64,000 nt of DNA from Felis catus (GCF_018350175.1 NC_058383.1:10914001-10978000), one strand, 5' to 3'; counted from the stretch's first letter, positions 38,744 through 53,740 are shown. Numbers and translations: made by a program. The notes: a model not told the origin generated them from the sequence alone.

Positions 38744-38972
38744 GGGGCGCCTGGGTGGCGCAGTCGGTTAAGCGTCCGACTTCAGCCAGGTCACGATCTC
38801 GCGGTCTGTGAGTTCGAGCCCCGCGTCAGGCTCTGGGCTGATGGCTTAGAGCCTGGAGCCTGTTTCCGATTCTGTGTCTCCCTCTCTCTCTGCCCTTCCC
38901 CCGTTCATGCTCTGTCTCTCTCTGTCCCAAAAATAAATAAACGTTGAAAAAAAAATTAAAAAAAAAAAATTT
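38744..38972 (+). mobile_element. Young felid SINE (SINEC_Fc-type), nested in the tail of an older minus-strand SINE
   Basis: CpG-rich intact body; flanked by AAAAAAAAATTT on both sides. Confidence 0.93.
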
Positions 38973-39211
38973 AAGTTTATTTATTTTTGAGAGAGGGAGA
39001 GGGGAGAGAGAGAGAGCGAGCGCGCGAGCGAGCCACGATGCCAAGCACGCTCCGTGCTGTGTGTGCGGAGCTCGAGGGCTCAATCTCCTGAATCGTGGGA
39101 TCATGACCTGAGCCGAAACCAAAAGTCCAACATTCAGCTGACTGAGCCACCCAGGTACCCCTAGGAAAAAATACTGTTACTGAAAGCCAGGTATTAAGGT
39201 AGTGGAAATGA

Positions 39212-39421
<210 letters not shown>

Positions 39422-40344
39422 TAGATGGTGTAACTGGTTTAACACTCGTCCAGCACACCTTGACAAACTGCCCAGACCTCTTGGGGTAACATCAGGAATG
39501 ATCTCACTTTCTAGTTCTGGTTCAAACTAGAACCCAGAAATAAGCAAATGCACCTATTAGAGCTGTGGGGTAGGGTTTTTTGTTTTCTTTTTCTTCTTTT
39601 CAAGAGCAGTTTTAGGTTTATAGGAAAATGAAGAGGAAGGTAGATTTACTGTGTAGCCCCTGGCTCAGTACATGCATAGCCGCCCCCCCTACCCGCACTT
39701 TCAGCACCCCCTACCAGAGAACCTACATTAACACCTCATAATCACCCAGAGACCTGTTTGTTTTTGACTTATGTGCTGATCTCACCGATCCCCCTTTTTT
39801 TGTTAACCTAATCACACGGCAAACAAAGCTCTTAAGAAAAACAGAGGGAGAGGATACCAGTTACACTGTGAGGCCCTAGGTAAAATTCATCTCTGGGGAA
39901 TGGGGTTTGTAGCATCTCTGGGCTTACTGCCTGATGTCCGCACACAAAAGTGCTAGAACACACTTCGTTGTGAATGGCGATCGTATTTATGTAATAAGTT
40001 TTTGGTGAGAATATTGGCAAAACATCGCCAGATATTTTATAACAGTTGGATTTGTCAGGCTTCCATGTTCTGGTGCTGGATTGGATATGAAAAGATCATG
40101 TTATAACAGCACAAGGCCATTGTAAAGAAAGACAATAGTGGAAGAAATGAGCTATTGTTCTTTTCATTTTGTGTAGGTTTTATATAAGTATTTTATATAC
40201 TTTTTATTTTGCTCTTGTGGATATGTTTCAAGCTTAGAAGTTCTAACATGGGAATAGGGCCCTCTTGATACTTTGAAGTCGCTTTGAAGTCAGATATTAC
40301 AAAACAGTATGAATGCCATTTGTGAAACCATGATAAACTAATGA

Positions 40345-40602
<258 letters not shown>

Positions 40603-40997
40603 TGAAGTACTTTCTCCCTTGCCCATTAAGAGTTTATTCATATAAAGTTGAATATTCACCTTATTTTAATATATTAAATTTTTTTTTTAATTCTTTATTT
40701 TTGAGAGAGCGAGACAGAGCGAGCACGCGTGTGTCCATGAGTAGGGAGGGGCAAAGAGGGGGGGGGCACAGAGGACCTGAAGTGGGGTCTGCCCTGACAG
40801 CAGAGAGTTTGATGCAGGGCTTGAATCCATGGACCGTGAGATCATGACCTGAGCCGCAGTCAGATGTTTAACTGACTGAGCCACCCAGGCACCCCATATA
40901 TTTTAAAAACTCTTGTTTACTGTAGAAGTCATTTAAATTTAAGGTTTACAATAATTTTGTATATTCATGTATAGTTTTTTGTTTTGTTTTAATACAG

Positions 40998-41026
40998 ACC
41001 TTTCCTGGAGCCAAAGAAGCACCTAG
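40998..41026 (+). CDS. GTF2I: GTF2I exon 6 (29-nt micro-exon), (R)PFLEPKKHL
   Basis: atacag|ACCTTT ... CTAG|gtaagt; phase 2 to 1, keeps the frame. Confidence 0.95.
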
Positions 41027-41819
41027 GTAAGTGATTATTTTGCTTACTCATACTTCCTAAACTATCTTTTGGGCCAAATTTAACACGTTTTACTAATTTC
41101 TCTTTGAGAATATGACATAAGACCTTTTGGAGTGGGGTGTTATATATAAACCAGTGAAAGGTCACTGAGCTGAAAAAGTAGAGACTTGCTTTGCTACTTT
41201 TTTAATGACATAGTCAAGGTTTTATTGTGGGCAGTATGTTCAATCATAGACTGGATCTGCCATCATTAGCCAGAATTAAGAGGATGGCTTAATTTATCTA
41301 GTGTTCATTGATCAGGCACAGAATTAGTGAGCATAAGATTGGGTGGGGATGGGATACACAACTGTGCATAAGCATTAAAGCTTTTGAGCTTTAATGGAAA
41401 GAGATAAAAAGCCCATAAAGTCACTACATCAAGAGCATAGCTGCACAGTGTAGGGATAGCTAAAGAAAATGCTTTGCAAGTTTGCCGAAAGAAGGATTTG
41501 TTTATAGCCCAGGAAGGCTTTCGAGTTGGAGAGGGCATTAAGATGGGTCCTTGAAGAGCGAGGAGGATTTCAACAGAACTTCCTTTGGGGAAGGTTAAGC
41601 CATTGCATTTGAAGGGCAAAGTAATTTTTAGGAGACTGGTGCCCTTTGGAGGCAGGTTTGTTTGAGACTTTTGGAAATAAATGACCATTATCATTGGCAA
41701 CCTCTTAACCAGTACAAGGAAGAAAGGACAAAATAATATATACACCCCCAATATATTTTATTTTTTGTTAAGTCACCTTTGTTTTATTCTTACCATGATG
41801 AAAAGATTAAGTTGTTAGA

Positions 41820-44800
41820 AGCTTTGTTGAGGTATAATTGGCATGCCATAAAATTCGCCTGTTTCAAGCATTCAATTCAGTGGGCTTTGGTAAATTTACA
41901 GTGATAAAGTTTAAAAAGTTTTACAGTTATTGTCACAATCTAATTTTAGAATATTTTTATCTTCTTCTCTGTTACTTCATGAATGTTACATAAATTAGAT
42001 CTACAGAATGTAGCCTCTTGAGATGATCTTTTTTCACTCAGCATAATTTAGTTGAGGCTCATCCAGATCGTTGGGTGTATCAGTAGTTATTTCCTTTTTC
42101 TTGCTGAATGCTAAGTATCCCTATGGATGAATATACCACTTGTTTATCCAGTCACGGGTTGGTAGAGCATTGGATTAGTAGATTCCACTTGGCTGTTACT
42201 ACTGTGAACATACTTGAACAAGTTTTTGTCTGGACATGTACTCTAATTTCCCTTGGAGATATATACCTACGAGTAGAATTGCTGGGTCATAGACTGATTT
42301 TGCATTTAGCTTTAAAAAAACTGCCACACTGCTCTCCACCGTGCCTGCACCATTTATGTTCCTGCTAGCACTGTCTGAGCGTTCCAGTTTGTCCGCGTCC
42401 CTGTCAACACTTGTTAGTGTCTTTGTGGTGTTAACCATCCTCATGGGTGTGAGGTGGTCTCATTGTGGTTTTGATTGGCATAGCCCGAATTGCTAATACC
42501 GTTGCATATCTTTTCATGTGCTTATTGACCATTCTGTATATTCCTTGGAGTAAAGTCTGTTCGGGTCCTTTCCACAAAGTTGTTTGTGTTTTTATTATTG
42601 AGTTGTAAGAGTTCTTACATATTTTTGATATTGATACAAATATTTTCTCCAGTTTGACAAGTTGTCTTTTGACAGTGTCCTGTGAGGAACAAAAGTTTTT
42701 AATTTTTGCAAAGCCCAATTTATTTTATCACTTGTGCTTCTGATCTTGTATATAAGGTTGTTGCCTAACACAACGTTGTAAAGATGTGTCGTGTTTTTTT
42801 CTGTCACTTTTATAGCCTGTGTTGTTACATTTAGTTGTTACATTTAGGTCAGTTTTGTGTTTTCTTGTTTTCTTTTTTAATGTTTATTTGAGAGAGAGTG
42901 AGTGCACTCAGTGGGTAGGAGGAGGCCAGAGAGAGCAGGAACGAGAGAATCCCAAGCAGGCTCCGTGTTAGCACAGTGCCCGATGGCAGGCCCAGCCTCA
43001 CAGACTGAAGTCACGATCTGAGCTGAAATCAAGAGTCTGATACTTAGCTGACTGAGCCACCCAGGTGGCCCTGCGGTTAGTTTTGAGCTGATTTTTTATT
43101 ATGGCGCGTGGTAAGGGTGAAATTCAGCTTTTGTGCCCGTGGCTGTCCAGTTATTCCAGCAGTTTGTTGAAAAGACTGACCTTTCTCCCCAGAATTTCTT
43201 TGGCATTTTTGTTTCTTCTGCCTGTTTCTTGGCTTTCTGCCTCGTGGATCTTGTTGTGTGTGAATCAGGATGGTTTACGTCTTGCAGTCTGAGTGCTTTT
43301 TATTTCTTGATCTTGTGCTTCTAGCAAGAGTGTCCAATGCAGTATCAAATGGAAGTGGCCGTAACAGACATCGGCCTGTCCACATTAGGAGGAGGACATT
43401 CAGGCTTTGGCCACTTGTTAGCTGTGGGGTTTTTGTAGATGTCCCTCTTAAGGTTGAGAGAGAAAAGATTTATCGTCTTTCTTCAATTAAAGCTTCGACT
43501 TTTTTCTTGATATTTTTCTCCCTGAAGTGTTCTAGATTAGTTTTAATCTGCCATTTGTATTTTTTGAAGTCTTCTGTTTTAGAAACTTCTTTTGAAATAT
43601 TGGGGCCTGGTTGTTAATTAAATTATGTTTCTTTAAAAAAATTTTTTTTAATGTTTATTTTTGAGAGAGAGCTGGAGTGTGAGTAGGGGAGGTGTGCAGA
43701 GAGAGAGGGAGACACAGAATCCGAAACAGGCTCCAGGCTCTGAGCTGTCAGCACAGAGCCTGACGTGGGGCTCGAACTCATGAACTGTGAGATCATGACC
43801 TGAGCTGAAGTCATATCAGACACTTAACCAACTGAGCCACCCAGGTGCCCCTAAACTATGTTTCTATAGGATGTTTTATACTGAGTGGTGCAAGCAGGTG
43901 GGTTTGTATACCAACTTTTTTATCATACCAACTTGCAAAATAATTAGAAAGTTGAGATTGTAATGGGATTGTATTTTCCAGATTTTTAAAATTATTTATT
44001 TTGAGAGGGAACAGGCACATGAGCGGGGGAGGGGCAGAGGGAGAGAGAGGGAAGGAGAATCCCAAGCAGGCTCCATGCTGTCAGCACAGAGCCCGACATG
44101 GGACTTGACCCCACGAACTGTGAGATCATGACCTGAGCCAAAGTTGGATGCTCAACCCACTGAGCCACCCAGGCGCCCCTGGCGTTTATAGATTTTTTAA
44201 GTATAAATGGAATCATAGTAGGTACTTTTTTGGTTTTCCTTTTTTTTTTTTTTTTAATGTTTGTTTATTTTTAGAGAGAGCAAGTGTGAGCAAGGGAGGC
44301 AATGGGGGGGGGGGGAGAGGGAGGGAGGGAGAGAGAGAGACACTATCCCAAGCAGACTCCCTGCTACAGCACAGAGCCCAATGCAGGGCTCGACCTCACG
44401 ACCCCTGTGAGATCATGTCCTGAGCTGAAAACAAGAGTTGGATGCTTACTGACTGAACCCCCTCAGCGTCTCTTGTTTTGCTTTTTATTTTAAGATTGAT
44501 CCTTATTCTTTCTATCAGTAGTTCATTATTTTACTGATTAGTATTCCAACGTATAGCTACACCACAATTTGTTTACTCATTCACTTGCCCATGAAAATTT
44601 GAGCTTCCATATCTTGGCCTTAATTATAAAGAAAGCTGCTGTGAATGTTTGAAGGCACGTCTTTATACGAGCATACGTTTCGGTAAATACCTAAATTTGG
44701 AGTGGCAAATGGTAGTTATGTATTTAATTTTTTAGGAAAGCACCAAACTGGTTTTCAGCATGATTTACTCCACTGGCCGTTCCCGCCAGAAGTGAGAGCA

Positions 44801-45060
44801 CTCCAGTTACTCGACTTTTTCATCAACATGCGGTGGCATCCATCTCTCTTGTTTCCTTTTTATGTTTTTCAAACATAAAATTCGTGCTTTTTTAGTATAT
44901 GTAACATTCAGGGTTGTAAGGTGTATGCTTCCATGGGTCTTAGTATCTTTACAAGATGGACGGCCGTCACCAGCATGTAATTCCAGAACATTCTCGTCAC
45001 CCCCAAATAAAAACCCTGTACCTGTTAGCCAGTCACAGCTTTCCGGTCCTCGTGAGCTAG
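41820..45060 (-). mobile_element. Old antisense L1 fragments filling intron 6, interrupted by SINEs
   Basis: L1 3'UTR and ORF2-end motifs. The minus-strand ORF-track pieces at 42199-42718 (KIKNFCSSQDTVKR, IRAMPIKTTMR, YDPAILLVGIY) are decayed ORF2p C-terminus. Confidence 0.8.
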
Positions 45061-45440
45061 ATGGAGTCATGATAGAACTTTCTGTCAGCACTCCTGCATC
45101 AGTAGAGGCTTCTTCTACATTGGCAGGGTAATAGTACATTGCTTTTCTTTATTGCATCGGTAAAAATAGGAGCTTTTTCCTTAAGTGGGGGAGGGTGCTG
45201 GCCGGTGAGGGGATGAACGCCGTCAGGATTGTCACCCTACTTCCTTTCCTTACAGGGGAGGACGAAGACACTGTCGTGTGGAGTCACCGGGTACTCCCTC
45301 CAGCTTGATCCAGAGCTGTGGGCGCCCCTCCTCCCCTACTGTCTGCTCAGGACCTTTGGAAATGTTAGCCATATTGAAAGTGTGTGAAAAACCTGAATCT
45401 CATTTTTCTTTTCTTTTCTTTTTTTTTTTTTTGTACATAG

Positions 45441-45495
45441 GTGGTCGTGTGATGGTAACAGACACTGAAAGGTCAATGCTATCTCCAGGTGGAAG
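45441..45495 (+). CDS. GTF2I: GTF2I exon 7, (G)GRVMVTDTERSMLSPGG
   Basis: Long T tract then acatag|GTGGT ... GGAAG|gtaaaa; 55 nt, phase 1 to 2. Confidence 0.95.
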
Positions 45496-45937
45496 GTAAA
45501 ACATAGTTCATCAGTACGAATAAACTTCCATGCCATAGCGGTTTTTAGTCTTTAGGAATTTGAGGTAGTAGAATATTAAAAAGGACCATATCACATATCT
45601 TGATGTTTTATATTCAGCTGATTGATTTGGGGTCCTATGAAAATGCAGTTTCTGACTAAGTACTTCCTGGGGGAAGCTAATGTGATAGATTGATAACTAC
45701 ATGGGGAATAGGAGGGCCTTGTGGTACAGTGGAATTTGCAAGTTACTATTATACTGTTGTACCCAAAAATTGGGATTAAAGTACTAAATTCAGTTGACAA
45801 GTTATATATGCAAAGAAATAAATACGTACATTTGAAGTTAAGTCAGGTTTGCGTTGAGCTTGGTCACGTGAGGACCTGACTGCTGTGTGGCCGCCCGCAC
45901 CTGCGCACTGCTTTATCCTGCCTTCTTTTCTTTTCAG

Positions 45938-45981
45938 CTGTGGCCCCATCAAAGTGAAAACTGAGCCCACAGAAGATTCTG
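45938..45981 (+). CDS. GTF2I: GTF2I exon 8, (S)CGPIKVKTEPTEDS; contains SUMO consensus VKTE (K221 by my count)
   Basis: ttttcag|CTGT ... TTCTG|gtatgt; 44 nt, phase 2 to 1. Confidence 0.95.
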
Positions 45982-46073
45982 GTATGTACTTGTGCTTTTA
46001 GAGTCCTCTATGAAATTTAAGTAAGGAACCCTTTCCCTTAACTTAGAAGGTTGTATTTTGACGTATTATTTCT

Positions 46074-46304
46074 TTTTTTTTTTTTTTTAATTTTTTTTTT
46101 TCAACGTTTGTTTATTTTTGGGACAGAGAGAGACAGAGCATGAACGGGGGAGGGGCAGAGAGAGAGGGAGACACAGAATGGGAAACAGGCTCCAGGCTCT
46201 GAGCCATCAGCCCAGAGCCTGACGCGGGGCTCGAACTCACGGACCGCGAGATCGTGACCTGGCTGAAGTCGGACGCTTAACCGACTGCGCCACCCAGGCG
46301 CCCC
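46074..46304 (-). mobile_element. Young felid SINE (SINEC_Fc-type) with a perfect 16-bp TSD
   Basis: TTGACGTATTATTTCT at 46058-46073 and 46305-46320; CpGs largely intact; long poly(T). Confidence 0.95.
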
Positions 46305-46899
46305 TTGACGTATTATTTCTGATAATGCTTTGATGAGAAGCAGACAGAACAAATTTATTCCACCGGTGACATGATTTCTTAAGTGTTAGCACATATTATG
46401 CTTAACACCTAAAAAGTTGAGTTACTAAGTGTTACCCAGAAGTTTGTTGCTAATTACCCATTTGTAAACAAAATTTATTATTAGGTTTTCCCCCCAGTTA
46501 TATAGGAATATAGTGTAAAATGTCAGCTGGTTCTACAGTGCTTTTTATACAAACCCATCAAATGTCCTCTTACTGTCCCTTCTCTCCTGCACTCTTGTTT
46601 CTGCCCTCCAAGGAGACTGCTTTTAACTCTAAGCTGGTTTGAGTGTTGAATTCCTTACTTTATTTTATTTTTTAACATTTATTTATTTTAGAAGGAGGGT
46701 GAGCATGAGTGGAGGAGAGGGGCAGAAAGAGGGAGGCAGACAGAGGATCCAAAGCAGGCTCTGTGCTGACAAGAGGGAGCTTGATGTGAGGCTTGAGCTC
46801 AGGACCTGAGCCTAAGTCCTGTGTTTAACCAGCTGAGCCACCCAGGCACCCCTGAATTCCTTATTTTTAAATGTCACGCTTTTAGTGTTATTCTATATA

Positions 46900-49560
46900 G
46901 ATAGTTTTGGATAGCTTTATTGAGATACAGTTTACGTGCCATTGAATTCACCTGCCCTAAAGTATAAGATTCAGTGGTGTTGAGTATATCTATAGAGTTT
47001 TGCAGTTATTGCCACAGTCTAATTTTGGAACATTTCTGTCATCCTAAATGGAAAGCTAGTGCCTAAATAGAAGCCCTGTTCCCACCATTAGTCTACTTTT
47101 TGGGTTTTGTATGCTTAGCTGGACATTTCCTATGAATGGAATCATACAATATGTGGTGTTCTGCATTTTGATTCTTTTACTCCGCATCATCTTCGACAAT
47201 AGTTGTAGGGTTCATACCTGAATGTTATTCCATTGTATGGATATACTACCGTTTCTTTATCCATTTACCGTTTGGTGGGCATTTGAGTTGTTTCCATTTT
47301 TTGGCTGTCTCGAATAACATGGATGGTTAGGAATACTCCTATTTGTCTTCGTGTAGAAAAAATGTCTTCATTTCCCTTGGGTAGATACCCAGGAGTGAAT
47401 TGCTCGTCCTATGGTAACTCTGTGCCTAACTAGTTAAGCAGCTGGCAAATTCTTTTCCCAAGTGGCTGCATGTTCTTAGCAGCAGTGTTTGGAGGTTTCA
47501 CTTTCTCCATATCTTGGGCAACACATGGTATTGTCTCTCTTTTTTGAGTATAGCAATTCTAGTGAATATGAAGTGGTGTCTCATTGTGTATGGGTGTGGG
47601 GTTTATTTTTTTGTTTGTGCACTTGTAAATAGGTATTTTATTTTTAGAGCAGTTTTATTAGGGTCACAACAATTGAACGAAAGTACAGAGAGTGTTTCCA
47701 TGTATCTTCTACCCCCACACATACATAGCAATACCTCCCCCCCAAACTATTAATATCCTGCGTCAGATTGGTATTAAAAATGATGAACCGTTATTACCCA
47801 GACTCCTTAGTTTACATTAGCGTTCAGTCTTGTGCATTCTGTGGGTTTTGATAACTGTATGATGAATGTTATCCCGCACTATAGTATACAGAATAGTACT
47901 ACTGCTCAAAAACTCCCCTGTCCTCTGCCTGTTCTTCCGTCTGTCTTCTCTAACACCTGGTCATCCATCACTGATCTTATTACTGTCTTCATCATTTTCC
48001 TTTTTCCAGAATGTCCTAGAATTGTGGTTTTAATTGCATTTTCCTGGGGCACCTGGGTGGCTCAGTCGGTTGAGCGTCCGACTTCAGCTCAGATCATGAT
48101 CTCGTGGTCTGTGAGTTCGAGCCCCGCGTCGGGCTCTGTGCTGACAGCTCGGAGCCTGGAGCCTCCTTCGGATTCTGTCTCCCTCTCTGTCTGTCCCCCC
48201 TCTCCCCCAACTCATGCTCTGTCTCTCTCAGAAATAAATAAACAGTAAAAAACAAACAGAACACATTTAATTGCGTTTTCCTAATGATGTTGGACATCAT
48301 TTGATGTGCTCATTAGCTATTCATATATTACCTTTGATGAAATGTCTTTTTAATTCTTTTGCTTGTTCTTTTTGTTTTTTTTTTTAACGTTTATTTATTT
48401 TTCAAGACAGAGAGAGACAGAGCATGAATGGGGGAGGGGCAGAGAGAGGGAGACACAGAATCGGAAGCAGGCTCCAGGCTCTGAGCCGTCAGCCCAGAGC
48501 CCGACGCGGGGCTCGAACTCACGGACCGCGAGATCGTGACCTGAGCTGAAGTCGGACGCTTAACCGACTGAGCCACCCAGGCGCCCCTTGCTTGTTCTTT
48601 AATTATGTTGTTTTTTTTTTTTCTTTTTGGTTATCTATTTATTTATTATTGAAGTAGAGTTGACATACTGTGTTACTAGTTTAGGGTGTACAACATAGTG
48701 ATTCGATACTTCCATACATTATTCAATATAGTCCCCATCTGTCACCATACAACCTTATTATAATATTGACTATATTCCCTATACTGTACTTTTTGTCACA
48801 ATGACATGTATATTTTATAACTGTTTATACCTTTTAATCTTTTTCACCTATTTTGCCCATCTCCTGATTCAACTCTGCTATGGCAGTCAACAGTTTGTTC
48901 TCTGTATTTGAGTCTGGTTGGTTTTTTGTTACTCATTTGTTTTGTTTTTTAGTTCCACATAGAAGTGAAATCATATGGTATTTGTCTTTCTGACTTATTT
49001 CACGTAACATAATACCCTCTACGTCCATCCATGTTGTCACAAATGGCAAGATTTCGTTCTTTTTTCTTTCTCCTTTTTTTTTCCTCTTTCTTTTTTAATT
49101 CTTACTTATTAGAGTTCTTTTATATATTCTGGATTTTTGAAATTAGAAATAATGTTTTGCAAATATATTTTTCTACTCTGGCTTGTCTTTTCATTTGCTT
49201 AACGGTATCCTGTGAAGCCTTAAAACTGCTTTGATTTTGATGCAGTTCAGGTTTTCAGATTTTTCTTTAATCACTTTTACTTTGGGTGTTACCCCTAGGA
49301 AACCTAAAATCTTTGTCTAACTTGAGGTCATGAAGAATTTCTCACTTACTGCATTTTTCTGGAATTGTGTAGTTTTAACTCTTATGTTTAAGCCTAAGAT
49401 CTGTTTTGAGTTCATTGTGCTTGTTGGAAGGGAAGGGAAGGGTCTGATTTCATCCTTTTGTGTGCGGACTACCCTGCCGCCCCAGCATCTGTTGAAAAGC
49501 TCTCGTTTCTTCGTTGGATCGCCTCAGCACCTATCAGACAGCATGTGACCAGGTGTACTT
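46900..49560 (-). mobile_element. Stacked antisense L1 fragments (L1MB/MD-like plus a carnivore/L1MA-like 3' end at ~48640-49060)
   Basis: Multiple L1 3'-end motifs (gaatggaatcatacaatatgtgg, gtacaacatagtgattc, catgttgtcacaaatggcaagatttc). Confidence 0.75.
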
Positions 49561-52500
49561 CTGTGCCTTCAGTTCTGTTTCCTTGAACTCAGATGCACCC
49601 CCCCAGTCTATCTCCTGTCGTTTTTAGGTTTGGTTTTATTATCTGTTAACATATGGAAAATGAGGATATAATTTTTTTACTATCTTCAATACTTTTTTTT
49701 TTTTCCCTTTCCCACTTTTACCATATATTTAAGTTGATTTTTATTGTTCGAGTACTTTCAGAACTGAGCATGATCTTGGATATTTCAATTAACGTTTGCT
49801 TCTTCCCATGTCCCGTTTCTAGGGCGCAAGTGGTTCTGCCTGTTTATAAGACATACAGCTCTTCCTGACTTGATGACAATTTTATTGTTAGGATTTTTTG
49901 TTACTCTGGTTCTATGAATGACAGCAACCTTGTGTTTAAAAATAATACATAACTTTATTATTTTTTATTTATTTGTTTTGGGGGGAACACAAGCGGGGGA
50001 GGGGCAGACAGAGGGACAGAGGATCTGTGCAGGCCCTGTGCTGACAGGCTGAGAGCAGTGAGCCCAGCGTGGGTCTCAGACTCATGAGCTGTGAGATCAT
50101 GACCTGAGCTGAGGTTGGATGCTCAACTGACTGAGCCACCCGGGTGCTCCCCCCATTTTTTAAAATATCTTCTAATAAATAATACATAGCTTTAAAAAGA
50201 TCATTGTAGGGGCGCCTGGGTGGCTCAGTCGGTTAAGCGTCCGACTTCGGCTCATGTCATGATCTCGCAGTCCATGAGTTCCAGCCCCGCGTCCGGCTCT
50301 GTGCTGACAGCTCAGAGCCTGGAGCCTGTTTCAGATTCTGTGTCTCCCTCTCTCTCTGACCCTCCCCCATTCATGCTCTCTCTCTGTCTCAAAAATAAAT
50401 AAACGTTTAAAAAAATTTTTTTTAATAAAAATAAATAAATAAATAAATAAATGATCATTGTATTATTACTAAGAATATATTTAATAATTAGCTTTGGTGA
50501 TTGGCAACAAAAAATGGACATTTACTGCTTTTTCGTATTGAAGACATACGTAAACTATAACCTGAGCGTCAGCTATAGCTGGGGTCCAAAAATTTCAATT
50601 GTGTAAAATGCAGTTTTGTATCATTGCTAAAAAGTGACATCTTCAGACTGATCTCCTGCAGGAGATGGAAACCGTTTGTCAGTTTTGTCACATCCACATT
50701 CACGCTTGCAGAACCTGTCATTGTGGGGCTTTTACCGTCCTCCCAAGTTGGTTAAAAAATTATCCTGGGCTCCTGGCTGGCTCAGCTGTTACAGTGTGCC
50801 GCTCTTGATCTCAGGCTTGTAAGTTCGAGTCCCACGTTAGGTAGAAAGATTACTTAAAAAAAGAAAATCTTTAAAAACAAATTACCTTGTGCAGTGAATT
50901 TCAGACTTAAAATTCACTTAGGAACGTAAGGATGAGATTAGAAAATCTCTAAACTCCCTTTCTCATGTTACTGAAATAACCAGAAATAATATATCATCTG
51001 TGTAGATCATAAAAAGGCAGCGGAAATCCTTAACCTGATGTGTCAGGCTGTCATACATAATTGTAAATGCCAGCCCATCATTGTGTTGAATTTTTTTTTA
51101 ATGTGTATGTATTTTTGAGAGAGAGAAACAGAGCCGGAGTGTGAGTGGGGGAGGGGCAGAGAGAGAGGGAGACAGACTTCGTCAGCGCAGAGCCCTGCGT
51201 GGGCCTGGAACCCCCCAGACCATGAGATCATGACCTGAGCCGAAGTCAGACACCCCCTCCACCATTGTGTTTAATAGTGAACTACCAGAAGCACTCTTTG
51301 TAAAACAGAGAGGCACCTTTTCACCAGTTTCTTACCAGAATTCTAGTACAAACCAGTACAAGTATGAGGTGTAAGTAATTAGAAAGTGGAGGGCACCATT
51401 GACTTGTACATGTGATTATGAATGTAGAACACCAGAGAGTCAACTAGAAAATGGAAAACAAAATACCGATAGTTTGATGTGACTTTGTAAAGAATTCCAG
51501 ATATAATAAGAGTTTAGAATTAAAGCCTTTAGAAAAAAAATTAGTAGTCCTTTGAGTGATTTCTAAGCAATACGTTTGACTAAGAAAGAATTAAAAATTA
51601 AGGATGACAAGGTCAGCCAAAATGTGTCAAAGCACATGTGAGACACAGGGAATGGCTGTTTGCAAGACAAATGACAAACCTTGTTGTATTTGACTTACAA
51701 AGAGCTAATCCAAAAAATAAACGATTAAAGATTGTAGAAGCAAGGGAAAATGCTAAGTCTAGTTAAGGAAATGTAGATAAAAATTCAAGAAAGATGAAGT
51801 TTAGCTAGCAGATGGCAAACATTCTGCTCATACTCCGCAAAGAACAGGGAGAAACAGATTTAAAAGTTCTTTTTTTTTTTTTTTTTAAATTTATTTATTT
51901 TTGAGAGAGAGAGAAAGAAAGGGTGTGTGTGAGTGAGCAGGGTAAGGGCACACAGAGAGAGAGGGAGATACGAGACAGAATCCCAAGCAGGCTCCATGCT
52001 GTCAGCACATAGCCTGATGCGGGGCTCGAACTCACAAACCACAAGATCATGACCTGATCCCAAAACGGATGCTCAACTGACTGAGCTACCCAGGTGCCAC
52101 AGGTTTAAAAATTCTTGACGACTGTTTAAATTGTTGCGTTCTTACAGATGATGCTTTGGTATTTCGTACTATTTATTTTATTTTATTATTTCTTTAAGAT
52201 TTTCTTTTTAAGTAATCTCTACACCCAATGTGGGGTTGGAACTCACAATCCCGAGATCAAGAATCGCATGCCTGGGACTCCTGGGGGGCTCAGTAGGTTA
52301 AGCATCCAACTTCATCTCGGGTCATGATCTCACAGTTTGTGGGTTCAAGCCCCGGGTCGGGCTCTGTGCTGACAGCTCAGAGCCTGGAGGCTGCTTTGGA
52401 TTCTGTGTCTCCTCCTCTCTCTGCCCCTCCCCTGCTTGTGCTCTCTTTCTCTGTCTCTCAAAAATAAATAAACATTAAAAAAGAAAAAAAAAAAAAGTTG

Positions 52501-53695
52501 CATGCTTTATCGACTGAGCCACCCAGATGCCCCTCGCCATAATTTTTCAGAACTTCCTTTCTTGCAGTACAAGGTGGTCAAGGTTCCTCGCACTTTCTCT
52601 AATCCAGCCCTAGGGTCAACCATTCCAAGAAACCCCGGGTCCTTTCTGAGGAGAATGATCTCAAGATGTCAGTATCTTGGTGGGAGGTGCGTCCATTGCC
52701 ATTGGGAGGTTACTGCTTCCCAGTGGACGCAGCTTAGGAATCCGTGTGTGGGGGGAGTTTGTGTACACAAAAATATATACATACGTGCATTTACAGCTAT
52801 AGTGTTTCATGCCCACATCTTCTGTTCTCTTAACATCCCAAGGGGTTTTCCATATCCCTCTGTTCCGATGAGAGTCCTTAGTCTATTTTCTTCATTTGAC
52901 CCATGTCCTGTTGTCTAACCCATGTCTCATTGTCACTGTCCTGCCCGGACTCCCGCTCTGACGTTCCTTGTCTGGCTGTCCGCAGCCCTGCCTACCCTCT
53001 TATCAGCCTGGGTCTCCTAAGGCCCTCACTTCCCCTGCCCTTCGTGTGAGTACACTTCTCACTCAGCCGGCCCACCCTGCTGCACTGAACCGCCCCGTGC
53101 CGCTGTCTGCCTTGCTCAGTGCCCTCTAATGGCATTTGGGGTGAATAGTTGGGGAAAGGGGAAGCTGTGTTAATTGTGCCTGCGTGTGTGCGGGGGGCGG
53201 GGACAGCTTTTGTGTATGGTGCAGACAGGCCAAGTGTTCGTTTTTTGGGGAGATCTGCAAGGGTGGTAGTGTTGAATGTCTTTATTGGGAGGAAGTATTC
53301 GAATCTGTTGCATTGTTTTACAGAAGGCTTTTTGTTGTTGTTTTTCATGCCATAGGAAACCTCCGTTTTCTGTTTAGCTTTTAGTTGATTGCACCTAAAT
53401 CATCATTTTGCAAATTGTTTTCTCTCTTTTATTCATAGAGTCATCTCCTGAATAGTTTGTATCTAAAGATAAACGTGCTGAATTGAGAAAGCTTGTATTT
53501 TACTGAATTCTTTAACCATCTTTGGGGATATAATAGCACTGCTATTCTAGGGGTTTCTTTTTTCTCCTTGTACTTTGTATCTTTATGTTCTTAATTTATC
53601 CTGCAATTTCTTTTAATATTTCCATTTTTAATTTTTTTAATGTTTATTTATTTATTTTGAGAGAGAGAGAGAGAGAGCCCGTGCGATTGTGGGAG

Positions 53696-53740
<45 letters not shown>

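Noticed and set aside
41305..41751. 148-aa minus-strand ORF in intron 6
   Set aside because: Non-ATG start, no recognisable homology, no promoter or splice support.
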